Assembly: GCA_964546335.1 (NCBI GenBank)
Contig: CAZJJN010000006.1
Span: forward strand, 12,120 to 76,119
DNA: 64,000 bases
Source: an uncultured Phycisphaeraceae bacterium
Lineage (GTDB): Bacteria; Planctomycetota; Phycisphaerae; Phycisphaerales; Phycisphaeraceae
Direction: 5' to 3'
The translations under genes were made by a program, and so were the position numbers. Shown here piece by piece: positions 9,748 through 19,780 of this stretch. Under the pieces are notes generated by a model. That model was given only the letters and a program-made list of their open reading frames with translations, ran no database searches and was not told the DNA's origin. How positions within the stretch are numbered: position 1 is the stretch's first letter; each line of letters starts with the position of its first letter.

Positions 9748-11241
9748 ATGTACAAGACACTGACCAGCCGTACCTTTTCCAGTTCCTCACCCTCCTGTGC
9801 GATTGCGGCCTTGGATGCTGCGATGGCTTCAACTTTGGCCAGGAAAGCGGGTCTGAAGCTGGATTTGGCAGGTCACGCAGGCGTGAAAGCCTTCGATTTC
9901 AAAGCCGGCAACCAGTTAACCCTCTGGCAGGATGCCAAACACCCGGTCATCCTGCTGGGGCTGAAAAGTGAGATCGGCCAGGAGCAAGAACCATTGACGC
10001 GCTGTGCCCGACTGGCTGGTGGTGCTTTGGTCAAGACTACCGACGCACTGGGTCTCAAGGCCATCCAACTCATCCTGCTCGACAGTTCACCCGAACTGGC
10101 CAAGGCAGCCGGTGAAGGGCTTGGCCTGGGCAATTTCAAGTTCACCCGGTTTGCCGGTGCGACGGAAGCCGTCACTGCTCCGACAGACAAGCTGACTGTC
10201 GAACTATCCGAAGCCAAGGAGGCCAAGGCATTCAAGCAGGGGTTGGACATTGCGGCCGCAGCCAACGCCGCCCGTGATCTGGCTGCTTCGCCCCCCAATC
10301 TGGTCAATCCCAAGTACCTGGCCGACTATTGCAGCAAGATGGCTGAGAAGCTTGGCCTCAAATGCACCGTGATTGACAAGAAGCAGGCGAAGAAGAAAGG
10401 CATGGGGGGCTTACTCGCAGTCGGGGCCGCTGGCTCAACCCCGCCTTGCCTGATTCTGCTTGAGTACCAACCCGCAACGAGCGGCAAAAGTAAGAAGCCG
10501 GTCATGCTGGTGGGCAAAGCCATCACCTTCGACACCGGCGGATACTCACTGAAAATCAGTGGCAGCATGAAGGGGATGAAGTATGACAAGTGTGGCGGCA
10601 TGGCAGTCATCGGCGCGATGCAGGCCGTTGTTGCCTGCAAACCCAAGGTGCCGGTCGTCGGTGTGATTGCCGCAGCGGAAAACATGATCGACACCCAGGC
10701 GTACCGTGTTGATGACATTCTCACCATGTACAACGGCGTCACCGTCGAAGTGACCAACACCGATGCGGAAGGGCGCCTGGTACTGGCCGATGCTCTTTCG
10801 TTTGGTTGCGAAAAGTACAAGCCCCAGGCTGTGCTTGATCTTGCGACATTGACTGGCGGGGTGGTGGTCGCGCTGGGCAGTCATTGTGCGGGTTACTTCT
10901 GTAACGATGAAAAACTCCGCACCAGGTTGGAAACCGCAGCCGAGACCACCAATGAAAAACTCTGGCAGTTGCCTTTGTGGGATGAGCATCGGGCTGTGAT
11001 GAAAGGCAAACATGCTGATCTGGTAAACTCAGCTGACCGCAAGGCCCATCCGATCCAAGGCGCTGCGTTCCTTTCTTATTTTGTTGGCAAGGAAGCACCG
11101 AAACAGATGCCCAAGACCCCTTGGGCGCATTTAGACATCGCAGCCATGGCCGATGCGGAAGGCGACTCGCCTTTAGGCCCCGCAGGTCCGACCGGTTATG
11201 GCGTACGATTGCTGACGGAGTTGATGGAACATTGGCGTTAA
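9748..11241 (+). CDS. pepA: leucyl aminopeptidase (M17 family)
   Basis: M17 signature 'NTDAEGRLVLADAL' plus 'GKAITFDTGGYSLK' (metal ligands). Confidence 0.9.
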   Translation: MYKTLTSRTFSSSSPSCAIAALDAAMASTLARKAGLKLDLAGHAGVKAFDFKAGNQLTLWQDAKHPVILLGLKSEIGQEQEPLTRCARLAGGALVKTTDALGLKAIQLILLDSSPELAKAAGEGLGLGNFKFTRFAGATEAVTAPTDKLTVELSEAKEAKAFKQGLDIAAAANAARDLAASPPNLVNPKYLADYCSKMAEKLGLKCTVIDKKQAKKKGMGGLLAVGAAGSTPPCLILLEYQPATSGKSKKPVMLVGKAITFDTGGYSLKISGSMKGMKYDKCGGMAVIGAMQAVVACKPKVPVVGVIAAAENMIDTQAYRVDDILTMYNGVTVEVTNTDAEGRLVLADALSFGCEKYKPQAVLDLATLTGGVVVALGSHCAGYFCNDEKLRTRLETAAETTNEKLWQLPLWDEHRAVMKGKHADLVNSADRKAHPIQGAAFLSYFVGKEAPKQMPKTPWAHLDIAAMADAEGDSPLGPAGPTGYGVRLLTELMEHWR

Positions 11242-11266
11242 CCTGCCGCAATTTGAGCATTCTATT

Positions 11267-12505
11267 TTGAGTGAGCACACACCAGATCAACAAGCCGGTG
11301 GCGAAAGACTCGAAGTCAGCAAGGTTGTCGCATGGGAAACGCTGCGCATCTCACTTTGGCGGCCAGTCCAATTGGCTGCCAGCGGACAGGGGTTGTTGCT
11401 GGTCGTGGCCATCAATCTCTTCGCCCAGGATAAAGGCATCTGGCAATCGGTGGTCAAAGGCATGGTGTCCGGGTCGATTCAGACCGGCTTCCTGTTGACG
11501 CCTTTCCTGATTCCACTTTATTGCAAGTTGGCCTGGCCGGTGAATCGGATCATCGCATTTCAGACCGCACTGTCAGGCATCGCGCTCCTGGTTTTGAGCG
11601 TGGTGAGCGAACAGTGGATGTTTCTGGCCAGCACGATGATCGCCATCGCCGCAGGCAGTTCGATCATGCCTATGGTCACAGCCCTTTGGCGTCAACGCAT
11701 CCCGGACACCATCCGTGGCCGGGCCTGGAGTTTGGCTGGGCTGATTTCTCTGACGTTTGGCACATTGATCAGCCTGGGCATCGCCTGGTGGATGGGGGAT
11801 GATGCCACGCGTTATCGTCCGGTTGTCGCGCTACTTGGCTTCGGCTTGCTGTTGGCTTCACTGCTGGCACTTCGAGTTCAAAGTCAACCTCTGGAACGCA
11901 AACGACATCCTCTGCGCTTTCTGCATGTGTTGGTTGAAAACCCCTTGTTTGCTTACATCTGCCTGGCCTGGATGTTCATGGGGATTGCGAACCTGGCTTC
12001 GATTCCGTTACGTGCGCAATACCTGGATGAACAGAACTACAGCGTGCGCGATGTCCTGCTGATTACATCGGTCATCCCGCCGGTCATGCAGATATTGACC
12101 ACCTTCATCTGGGGCACGCTTTTCGATCGAATTAACTTCCTGGTGGTGCGTATCGCGATCACGATGACATTCGCCATCAGCATCGCGCTGTTTTTCTTCC
12201 CGTATCTGCCCTTGCAGATTATCAGCAACGCCTTGCTGGGGGTGGCGATGGGGGGTGGCATGGTTGCATGGGCGATGTGGGTCACCAAGTATTCTCCGCC
12301 TGAGCAGACGGCAGATTTCATGGCCGTTCACGTTTTTCTCACCGGCCTGCGCGGGAGCTTCTCGCCGATCATTACGCTGGTGATCTATGACAATTTTGAT
12401 GTGCCAATCCACACTATTGCTTTTGTCTGCGTGGGGCTGTCTTTGTTGTCCGTGGCGATGCTGGTGCCCGTGTTGAAGACTGGGCGGGTCGCGGTGGCTG
12501 ACTAG
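11267..12505 (+). CDS. MFS-type transporter
   Basis: 412 aa with about 12 predicted hydrophobic helices in two halves. TTG start. No substrate inference is possible. Confidence 0.7.
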   Translation: MSEHTPDQQAGGERLEVSKVVAWETLRISLWRPVQLAASGQGLLLVVAINLFAQDKGIWQSVVKGMVSGSIQTGFLLTPFLIPLYCKLAWPVNRIIAFQTALSGIALLVLSVVSEQWMFLASTMIAIAAGSSIMPMVTALWRQRIPDTIRGRAWSLAGLISLTFGTLISLGIAWWMGDDATRYRPVVALLGFGLLLASLLALRVQSQPLERKRHPLRFLHVLVENPLFAYICLAWMFMGIANLASIPLRAQYLDEQNYSVRDVLLITSVIPPVMQILTTFIWGTLFDRINFLVVRIAITMTFAISIALFFFPYLPLQIISNALLGVAMGGGMVAWAMWVTKYSPPEQTADFMAVHVFLTGLRGSFSPIITLVIYDNFDVPIHTIAFVCVGLSLLSVAMLVPVLKTGRVAVAD

Positions 12506-12550
12506 ATCATCAATCCTTGTTCGACTGATGACGTGCCATCGTGTTTGAGT

Positions 12551-13252
12551 TTACGCAACGAGTTTCTCCGTGCCACTTCGGGTCTTGCTTTGCTCATCGA
12601 TTTTCTTTTTCATCACCAGTTCCCAGTTCAGGCCACCACCCCACGGGGGCATGGATTGACTCATGACGATATCCGCCTGCGATTCAAACAAGGCAACCAG
12701 CGAAGTGGGGTCTGGAATCTCCAGCACGCCGTACGGATCGGTCGCGGTGTCTATCGCCAGGTGCATGATGGCAACACCACTCGGCTTAAGGACGCGCATG
12801 ATCTCACTGGCGAAGCGATCCGGGTAAAACGAGTGATCAAAGATATTGGTAAATGTGACATCAAATGTGTCATCATCGAATGCCAGATTATGAATATCGC
12901 CTTCGACGACCAAAGGTTCGCAAGCGACCAGATCAACCCCAATGGCATCGAATCCCAGATTACGAAATGCCTGCACCTCCTGGCCGGTACGAGCGCCGAG
13001 GCAGAGGGTTTTTTGATGCGAATCATTGAATAGATTCTGTTGGTACTCACGAAATTTCGAATCAAAAAAGTTCAGTTTGCTCTGCCATTCTTCACCCAGC
13101 CACTTGGCGCGACGGGAAGCATCGCACGTCTTTTCCTTTTGATGGGCAACGTATTGATCGTAGCCAGCGTAGTTCTGCACGATTGCCAAAGATTTATTCG
13201 CGGTTTGGCGCCCTGAGAACTTGGCAGTCAGTTTATTGAGCCAGGAGATCAT
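12551..13252 (-). CDS. class I SAM-dependent methyltransferase
   Basis: 'LCLGARTGQEVQAFRNLGFDAIGVDL' (motif I plus acidic loop) and 'DDTFDVTFTNIFDH'. An internal ATG at 13252 ('MISWLNKL') avoids overlap with the upstream GT4 gene. The ORF-track start is 13315. Confidence 0.75.
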   Translation of the reverse strand: MISWLNKLTAKFSGRQTANKSLAIVQNYAGYDQYVAHQKEKTCDASRRAKWLGEEWQSKLNFFDSKFREYQQNLFNDSHQKTLCLGARTGQEVQAFRNLGFDAIGVDLVACEPLVVEGDIHNLAFDDDTFDVTFTNIFDHSFYPDRFASEIMRVLKPSGVAIMHLAIDTATDPYGVLEIPDPTSLVALFESQADIVMSQSMPPWGGGLNWELVMKKKIDEQSKTRSGTEKLVA

Positions 13253-13271
13253 GTTTCTGTTCCTTTTTAGG

Positions 13272-14468
13272 TTACGCTGCCCTCTTGCTTGGCAGATTGC
13301 ATTGCTTTGCACCAAAGGCTTTGTCCAAGATCATTTGTGCCCGTTGGCGGTAAGAAAGTGTCTGTGCCAACTTCAAACCTTGTTTCACCAACTGTTCATG
13401 CCTGTCGGGTTGGCTTAATACGGCTTCAACCGCGACCGCTAAACTGGACGGGTTATCCGCCTTGAAAAACTCGGCTGTATTCTCATTGAGCCAATACTTC
13501 AACGCGGGAATGTCGCTTGCGATCACAGGCAAACCCGCAGCCAGGTATTCCCCAAGTTTCACCGGGCTTGTCCAGTGCGCACTGGGATGGTTCAGACTCG
13601 GAGGAAGAAGCGCAGCATCCGCATGCCAAAGGTAGGGGGGCAAGTCCGACTGATTCTTCATGCCATGGAAAGTCACATTCTCAAGCTGCATCGCGTCGGC
13701 CCGGGCCTGTTGACGAGACAGGTCCTCAGGCAGGCCGCCGACAAAATCAAACGCGACATCAGGCAGTAACCTGGCTGCCTCAAGTGCCGTCGCTATTCCT
13801 TTGTAGTCGTATAGATGTCCGGTATAGACCACGCGACCCCGCCGATAGTGACGGTAATCGTCGTCTTGACTGATCGCATGCCCCGTCTTGTATGGATTGG
13901 CTGATTGCTGTGCTTGCCCCGCAGCGAACTGAATGAGATCCACTGCATCGGGCAGGATCAGCAGCTTGTCCGTTTTCACGCCACGCGCTTCGTAATATTC
14001 TGCCAACACGGGTGAGATCGTCACCCAGCTTTTCATATCGTTCTGTTTGGCTGCTTCCAGTCCCAGTTGAAAGCCCGGACTATCGTCGCCGACGTGAGCG
14101 TGACTTTCCATGACGGTGGGTATGCCCATCTGACTGGTTTCCAGGGGCAAGGCAAAGTTGCGCGTGAAGACGAAGTCTGGCTCGATCCTGCGGATCACCT
14201 TTCCCGCTGCCCGGGCAAAGTCCATGTGCATATCCGCCTTGCGCCCCCAACCAAACCACGACCTGCGCTTCAGACAGACCCATCTTGGTGGATTTGTCAG
14301 CGCATAACGTTCAGCGAGTTGGGCGTCGTTGAGTTTCTCGTCACCTTCAAAAAGGATCATGGTGACACGATGGCCCAATCGGGCGAAGCCTTGCGCCATC
14401 TTGATGGTGTTGATGGCATGGGCTTTGAGTGATCCTGAGGGGAACGCGGCTGCGATGACCACATCCAT
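13272..14468 (-). CDS. glycosyltransferase family 4 (GT-B, group 1)
   Basis: N-terminal 'MDVVIAAAFPSGSLKAHAINTIKMAQGFARLGHRV' and a C-terminal E-x7-E-like region 'PVKLGEYLAAGLPVIASD'. The ATG at 14468 is preferred over 14531. Confidence 0.8.
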   Translation of the reverse strand: MDVVIAAAFPSGSLKAHAINTIKMAQGFARLGHRVTMILFEGDEKLNDAQLAERYALTNPPRWVCLKRRSWFGWGRKADMHMDFARAAGKVIRRIEPDFVFTRNFALPLETSQMGIPTVMESHAHVGDDSPGFQLGLEAAKQNDMKSWVTISPVLAEYYEARGVKTDKLLILPDAVDLIQFAAGQAQQSANPYKTGHAISQDDDYRHYRRGRVVYTGHLYDYKGIATALEAARLLPDVAFDFVGGLPEDLSRQQARADAMQLENVTFHGMKNQSDLPPYLWHADAALLPPSLNHPSAHWTSPVKLGEYLAAGLPVIASDIPALKYWLNENTAEFFKADNPSSLAVAVEAVLSQPDRHEQLVKQGLKLAQTLSYRQRAQMILDKAFGAKQCNLPSKRAA

Positions 14469-14677
14469 CGTCGATGTCGTCTGCGATCGACGGCGAAGCA
14501 AAGTCTGATATGAAAACGTCGGCGAAATCACGCTGGCATCTCTCTGACCTTGGCCTGATCCACAATGTCGCGGATTGCAACGATTGTGCAGCCTGTAAGG
14601 TTGGTATCGGATAGAGAGACGGCCTGCTGGATTTGGTCAGGCACTAAGGCCGATAATTCCGCAGCAATGTCCCGGAT

Positions 14678-15751
14678 TCAATGCATCGAAACAAAATGTC
14701 CCGGTTCACCATCCACAGGCTTCAATGGCGGGCGGTCCAGCAGGCTTCGGCGGGGCAGTTCGATGATGCCTTGCTCATTTGGCTTCATGTCTTCCACACG
14801 CTCCAGCTTCACATCGCTGGGAGTCTCAGGTTGCCCTTTGATGTGAATCGGAGAAGGCATCTCGCCAGTCAGCAGGACACGCTGCTTCTTGCCCAGCGGA
14901 TCATTATTAGGCGCTGCGGAGAGCAGTGCTTTGGTGTAGGGATGCAACGGGTTGTCATAAATCTGGTCGCGCGTGCCGACCTCGACGATCTTGCCCAGGT
15001 ACATGACCGCGAGTCTGTCGCAGAAGTGTTCGACCACAGCCAGGTTGTGAGCGATGAACAGGTAGCTTAAGCCGAACTCGCCTTGCAGGTCTTTGAGCAG
15101 GTTCAGGATCTGGCTTTGGATCGAAACGTCCAGCGCACTGACGGGCTCATCGCAGACGATGAACTTGGGCGACAGGGAAAGTGCCCGTGCGATGCCGACA
15201 CGCTGGCGTTGCCCACCTGAAAATTCATGCGGGTATCGGCGGGCCACATCCGGACTCAAGCCCACGCGATTGAGCAGGTCAGCCACGCGATCTTCCAGTT
15301 CCTGCCCTTTGGCGATCTTGTGCACCTTCATAGGCTCGCTCAGAATCCCGCCAACGGTCATACGCGGGTTCAACGAACTGACGGGATCCTGAAAAATGAT
15401 CTGCATCTCCCGGCGGAGTTGTTTCATGCGGTAGCTGGGGGCAGCAAAAACATCTTCCCCTTCGAAGTAGACATTGCCAGCCGTGGCGGGAATCAATCGA
15501 AGGATCGACCGTCCCACCGTGCTCTTGCCACAACCCGACTCGCCGACCAGGCCGAGTGTTTCACCTGGGGCGATGTCGAAAGACACGTCATCCACCGCCC
15601 GCAGGTCGCCAACATGTTTCTTGAGCAGGCCTCGATGCACGGGGAAATACGTTTTCAGATGTTGCACACTGAGCAACGGCTGTTTTTCAGCATGCTGGCC
15701 AATGGTGTTGGCTTGAACAGGGGCAGGGGCGATCGTGGCTTCTGTGCTCAT
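14678..15751 (-). CDS. ABC transporter ATP-binding protein, OppF/DppF-like
   Basis: Walker A 'GESGCGKST', signature '[15 protein letters not shown]', Walker B '[12 protein letters not shown]', and an oligopeptide-type C-terminal extension. No permease or binding-protein gene is adjacent. Confidence 0.85.
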   Translation of the reverse strand: MSTEATIAPAPVQANTIGQHAEKQPLLSVQHLKTYFPVHRGLLKKHVGDLRAVDDVSFDIAPGETLGLVGESGCGKSTVGRSILRLIPATAGNVYFEGEDVFAAPSYRMKQLRREMQIIFQDPVSSLNPRMTVGGILSEPMKVHKIAKGQELEDRVADLLNRVGLSPDVARRYPHEFSGGQRQRVGIARALSLSPKFIVCDEPVSALDVSIQSQILNLLKDLQGEFGLSYLFIAHNLAVVEHFCDRLAVMYLGKIVEVGTRDQIYDNPLHPYTKALLSAAPNNDPLGKKQRVLLTGEMPSPIHIKGQPETPSDVKLERVEDMKPNEQGIIELPRRSLLDRPPLKPVDGEPGHFVSMH

Positions 15752-15879
15752 GCGTGAAGTATAGACGATGCCCTGCGAAATAGCCTGAGTAGCAGGTCAT
15801 GCCTTTTTTGCTCATATTCAATGTGACTGTCGGTGTTGCTACACTGATGGTTTGATGTGTTGATGAATCAAGGAACCCT

Positions 15880-16977
15880 ATGCTGGCTCATCCGCTTTGT
15901 GGCGCAGACATCCGAACGCTCATCGACCTGGCTCGACGCCATCGCACTGTCGCAACCAGGCACTTACCTGCTGTAGGTTTGGCTACGCTCAGTGCATTGG
16001 GTCGCCTGCCTTTCAGCCTGGCGGAGCATGTCTATGTCGAAAGGCGACGGCGGCGTCTGGATCGTTCGCTGCCCCTGGTGTTTATCCTCGGCCATTGGCG
16101 CAGCGGGACGACGCATCTTTACAACGTATTAAGCCAATCTGAACAGTTTGGTTATGTCTCGCCCATCGCGACTGGCATGCCTTGGGACACGCTGTTGTTT
16201 GCTCGAATGATTCGGCCATTGCTGGTGCGCATGCTTCCTGATGAACGGTTTATTGATCGTTTGCCAGTCACAGCCACATCGCCTCAGGAAGATGAAGCTG
16301 CTCTGGCGAACATGCAGGCTGTGTCCTACTACCACGGCCTGTACTTTCCCAAACGACTGCGCGAAGAAGTCATGCGTGGTGTGTTCTTTGAAGGACTCAC
16401 CCCCAAGGAAAGTCAGCGGTGGGAGCAACGTTTTCAATACTTCGTGGATAAGATGCGGATCGAGTTCCCCGGCAGGCGAATCGTCTTGAAAAACCCGGTC
16501 TATACCGCTCGGGTGGTGCAGATTCGCAGGCTGTATCCGGATGCTCAATTTATTCACATCCATCGTCATCCGATCGAAGTCTTCCGCAGCATGCGACATT
16601 TCTATCACAAGCTTCTGGAGCAGATGGCATTGCAGCCCTATGCGACGGAACAGATTGATGAACTGGTGCTTGAGGTTTACCCGAAGATGATGCAGGCCTT
16701 GGTCGAGGAGACCGCGAAGTTACCCGCAGAACAGTTCGTGGAGATCCGCTACGACGAGATGGATGATCAGCCGATGGAGCAGATCGAGAAGATTTACGAG
16801 CGGTTGAGTTGGCCGGGCATTGAAAAAGACAGGCAGGCTTTCGAGGCATATTTGCATTCGGTCGCAAGTTATAAGAAAAACAAGCTGTCGTTGCCGGAAG
16901 AACTGCAACATCAGGTTGCCAGCCGATGGCAGGCGTTCTTTGATCGCTGGGGATATGCGATACCTGAGATGAGTTGA
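15880..16977 (+). CDS. sulfotransferase family protein
   Basis: PAPS 5'-phosphosulfate-binding loop 'ILGHWRSGTTHLYNVL' and a downstream 'RIVLKNPVYTARV' block typical of bacterial sulfotransferases. Confidence 0.7.
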   Translation: MLAHPLCGADIRTLIDLARRHRTVATRHLPAVGLATLSALGRLPFSLAEHVYVERRRRRLDRSLPLVFILGHWRSGTTHLYNVLSQSEQFGYVSPIATGMPWDTLLFARMIRPLLVRMLPDERFIDRLPVTATSPQEDEAALANMQAVSYYHGLYFPKRLREEVMRGVFFEGLTPKESQRWEQRFQYFVDKMRIEFPGRRIVLKNPVYTARVVQIRRLYPDAQFIHIHRHPIEVFRSMRHFYHKLLEQMALQPYATEQIDELVLEVYPKMMQALVEETAKLPAEQFVEIRYDEMDDQPMEQIEKIYERLSWPGIEKDRQAFEAYLHSVASYKKNKLSLPEELQHQVASRWQAFFDRWGYAIPEMS

Positions 16978-17019
16978 GTGGTGCGCCTGTGAGTAATTAC
17001 GCTTCTTACGTGGTTCAAC

Positions 17020-19653
17020 TCAATTCTCTACCGCATCGACGGTTTCTTCCGTTTTAGAACCAGGCCTGAACAAAGCAGGCAGGATGGTGAGTGTACAGAT
17101 CAACACCACAGCCATGCCGATGGCAAGTACGGCCCCCATTGAGGCTGTGCCCGGGTGGGGTGAGACAGCCAGCGCGATGAAGCTGATCAGCGTCGTGGCA
17201 GCACTGAAGATGACGCCTCGCGTGGTGGCTGTGTCGAGCAGGCTGACCTTGGCGTCGAGTGAGTCTCGGCTGCGCTGCACCATGTGGATGCCGTTGTCCA
17301 CGCCGATACCTAAAAGCAAAGGCAACGCGATGACATTGGCAAAGTTGAGCTGAATATCCAACAGCACCATCAGGCCTGCCGTGAGCGCACCGCCTGCGAT
17401 CAAAGGCAGCAGCACCGCAACAGTCAGTTTGATGTTGCGCAGTTGGATCAGCAGGATCACCACAATGGCGATCATGGCATACACCAGGGCCAGCTCAAAC
17501 GCATTGACGATGGCGGCAGCAGCAAGCACTTCAATGATGGGCTGGCCTGTCGCGGCAGGGAATTTATCAATGATCGAATAGACGAACTGAAGTCGTTGCC
17601 CATCATCACTCAGGTCGCCGGAGGGAAACACCTTGATGGCAAAAACATCGTCCTTGCTCACCCAGCGCTGACGCTCGGAGGCAGGGATGGTGTCAATCGA
17701 CATCGGCTGGGGCGATAGCCGCAACGCAAAGTCATTTAATGCGACAGGTAAGCCGGTAAGCACTGCATTTTGGGATTGCTTGAGGAAAGCGAGCTGCGCA
17801 TCCTCAGGCAGAGCATTCAGATGCATCAGCCAGGTTTGAAAAGCGCTGGCAGTTTGACCGGCAGGGGAGTTGCTGGAGTTGTCGGCGATTTGTTTAAGCC
17901 GGGCAATCAGGCTTGGAGTCGTCGTCTGGATACGCGCGACATCCTTCCTGGTCGGTTCTCGAAGCGACAGTTCAGTATTACGCCAACCCTGACTGGCAAT
18001 TTGCTCAATGATGTTCAACCGCTGTTGTTGATTGTCAGGGATGAAATCAAAAATGCTCCGCGTGGTATCGACGAACTCGTTCTTTTCAAGCTTTGCGATG
18101 GTCTGCCTGGCTTGTTCCTTGCCTTGAACGAGGATTGTCGCGCTCCAGTAGTTGGCGGCATTCTGTGCAGCCAGGCTGCGCATCGCGCTGACAGACTCGG
18201 CCGACTGAAGTTTCAAATCAAGCGGATCGGAGTTGAAACGAAGTTTGGGAATCGCAGCCAGCGAAGCCAGGCTGATGATTGAAACGATGATGAGCACGGT
18301 GCGAGGGTGACTGGCTGGGATGGCTTGCACCGTGTTGAGCCAGCGGGGTGGCGTGGAGGGTTTTTCCTTATGTACTGCATCACCCGTCCAGTGAACGATG
18401 GAAGGAATGAGCAGCAGCGTCAGTGCGAAGCTGATAGCCATGCCGCCGCCGGCGATGATGCCCAGTTCAGATACGCCGATGAACGAGGTGGGGACGAAGG
18501 AAAGGAAACCGACGATAGTGGACAGGGCACAGAGCCCCAGTGTTTTCCACTTCACCAGGGTGGTGTGTTTGAGTGCTTCCAGTCGGGGTGTGCCACGCTT
18601 GCGGATCGCGCGGTAGCGCAGGTTGTAATGGATGGCAAAGTCCACACCCAGGCCGACGTACAACAGCGCAAACGCCAGTGAGATCAGGTTCAGGCGACCG
18701 ACCACCAATGCTGCGAAGCCAGCGGTCATGATCAGGCCAATGATGAGCGTAAAAAGCGTGATCCACACGAAACGCAGCGAGCGGAAAGCCAGGTAGAGGA
18801 TGCCACCGATGGCCAGCAGGACGAGGATGCCTCCGATGCGCATGCCTGACAGTGCAGACGAAAGTTCTTCGTAGGCCAAGGCTCGCTTGCCCGTGATTTG
18901 TATGCTTGTGCCAAGGTGTTGTTGTTCAGTTTCACGGGCATATTGATGAAGTGCATCCATCAACTCGCGATTGCCAGCCGGGGTTCGATAAGCATCCTCA
19001 GGTTGGCAGATGACGATGGCCTGGCGTTGATTGGCCATGACTTCGAGCTGCTGGCCTGCGAACGCGCGCGTCCAGTCCATCGCTTTCGATTCGCCTTGGT
19101 CGTCGGGTAACGCCTGGCTTATCCGTTGGAGAAATTGAACGGTGTGCGAGTCAGGCTTCTGCTCGCGGAAAGTGACACCCAGAGTCAGGATTTCCAGCAG
19201 CTTGGGCAAGCTGGCATCCTGCTCCAGGTTCTGGACGAGTTGTCGCTGAGGTTTGAGTTGCTGCTCCAGAGTCTGGAGTTTTTCTTCAGGCAGGAACATC
19301 AATGCCTGTTTTTGAAAGTACGGATCAGCCAGGGGCAGATAGACATGCTTGAATCGCGGATCTTTGGCAAGCTTGTGCTGCATATCAGTCGCAGCGTCAT
19401 GGCTCACAAGTGGATCGCCATTGACCACAGCGATGAATTCCTGCTCATTCTGTGGAAACTGCTTGCGATACTCAGCCATGGCCTGGCGAAAGGGCAGGTC
19501 AGGTGACAGCAGGGACGCGGTTTCCGTATCCACATGCAATTTGGGGATCATCCAAGCGGAAAGCGCAGTCAGCAGCACCGTGAAAATGATCACGAGGATG
19601 GAAATGGGGGATGCGAGTTTGGCCTCGCGCGGGCTGACTATGGGGTGACTCAT
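17020..19653 (-). CDS. MMPL/RND-superfamily transporter (HpnN-like lipid exporter candidate)
   Basis: About 877 aa. Two blocks of roughly 6 TM helices are each preceded by a large soluble loop. The blocks are internally duplicated ('LGVDFAIHY' and 'IGVDNGIHM'). The ATG at 19653 ('MSHPIVSPREAKL') is preferred over 19698. Confidence 0.8.
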   Translation of the reverse strand: MSHPIVSPREAKLASPISILVIIFTVLLTALSAWMIPKLHVDTETASLLSPDLPFRQAMAEYRKQFPQNEQEFIAVVNGDPLVSHDAATDMQHKLAKDPRFKHVYLPLADPYFQKQALMFLPEEKLQTLEQQLKPQRQLVQNLEQDASLPKLLEILTLGVTFREQKPDSHTVQFLQRISQALPDDQGESKAMDWTRAFAGQQLEVMANQRQAIVICQPEDAYRTPAGNRELMDALHQYARETEQQHLGTSIQITGKRALAYEELSSALSGMRIGGILVLLAIGGILYLAFRSLRFVWITLFTLIIGLIMTAGFAALVVGRLNLISLAFALLYVGLGVDFAIHYNLRYRAIRKRGTPRLEALKHTTLVKWKTLGLCALSTIVGFLSFVPTSFIGVSELGIIAGGGMAISFALTLLLIPSIVHWTGDAVHKEKPSTPPRWLNTVQAIPASHPRTVLIIVSIISLASLAAIPKLRFNSDPLDLKLQSAESVSAMRSLAAQNAANYWSATILVQGKEQARQTIAKLEKNEFVDTTRSIFDFIPDNQQQRLNIIEQIASQGWRNTELSLREPTRKDVARIQTTTPSLIARLKQIADNSSNSPAGQTASAFQTWLMHLNALPEDAQLAFLKQSQNAVLTGLPVALNDFALRLSPQPMSIDTIPASERQRWVSKDDVFAIKVFPSGDLSDDGQRLQFVYSIIDKFPAATGQPIIEVLAAAAIVNAFELALVYAMIAIVVILLIQLRNIKLTVAVLLPLIAGGALTAGLMVLLDIQLNFANVIALPLLLGIGVDNGIHMVQRSRDSLDAKVSLLDTATTRGVIFSAATTLISFIALAVSPHPGTASMGAVLAIGMAVVLICTLTILPALFRPGSKTEETVDAVEN

Positions 19654-19715
19654 GGGGCAATCAGTTCTTGTAGTCTGCGTAATGATAGCCGGTTGCACAG
19701 GCGTGATGAATTTGC

Positions 19716-19754
19716 AAAAAAAAAGGCCGCGGCTTCGATGACAAAGCCACGGCC
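19716..19754 (-). terminator. rho-independent terminator downstream of the giant surface-protein gene
   Basis: The minus strand reads GGCCGtGGCTTtgtcatcgAAGCCgCGGCC followed by T9. It lies 27 nt after the stop at 19781. Confidence 0.65.
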
Positions 19755-19780
19755 GGAGGTTGAATGTCTACCTTTACCGA

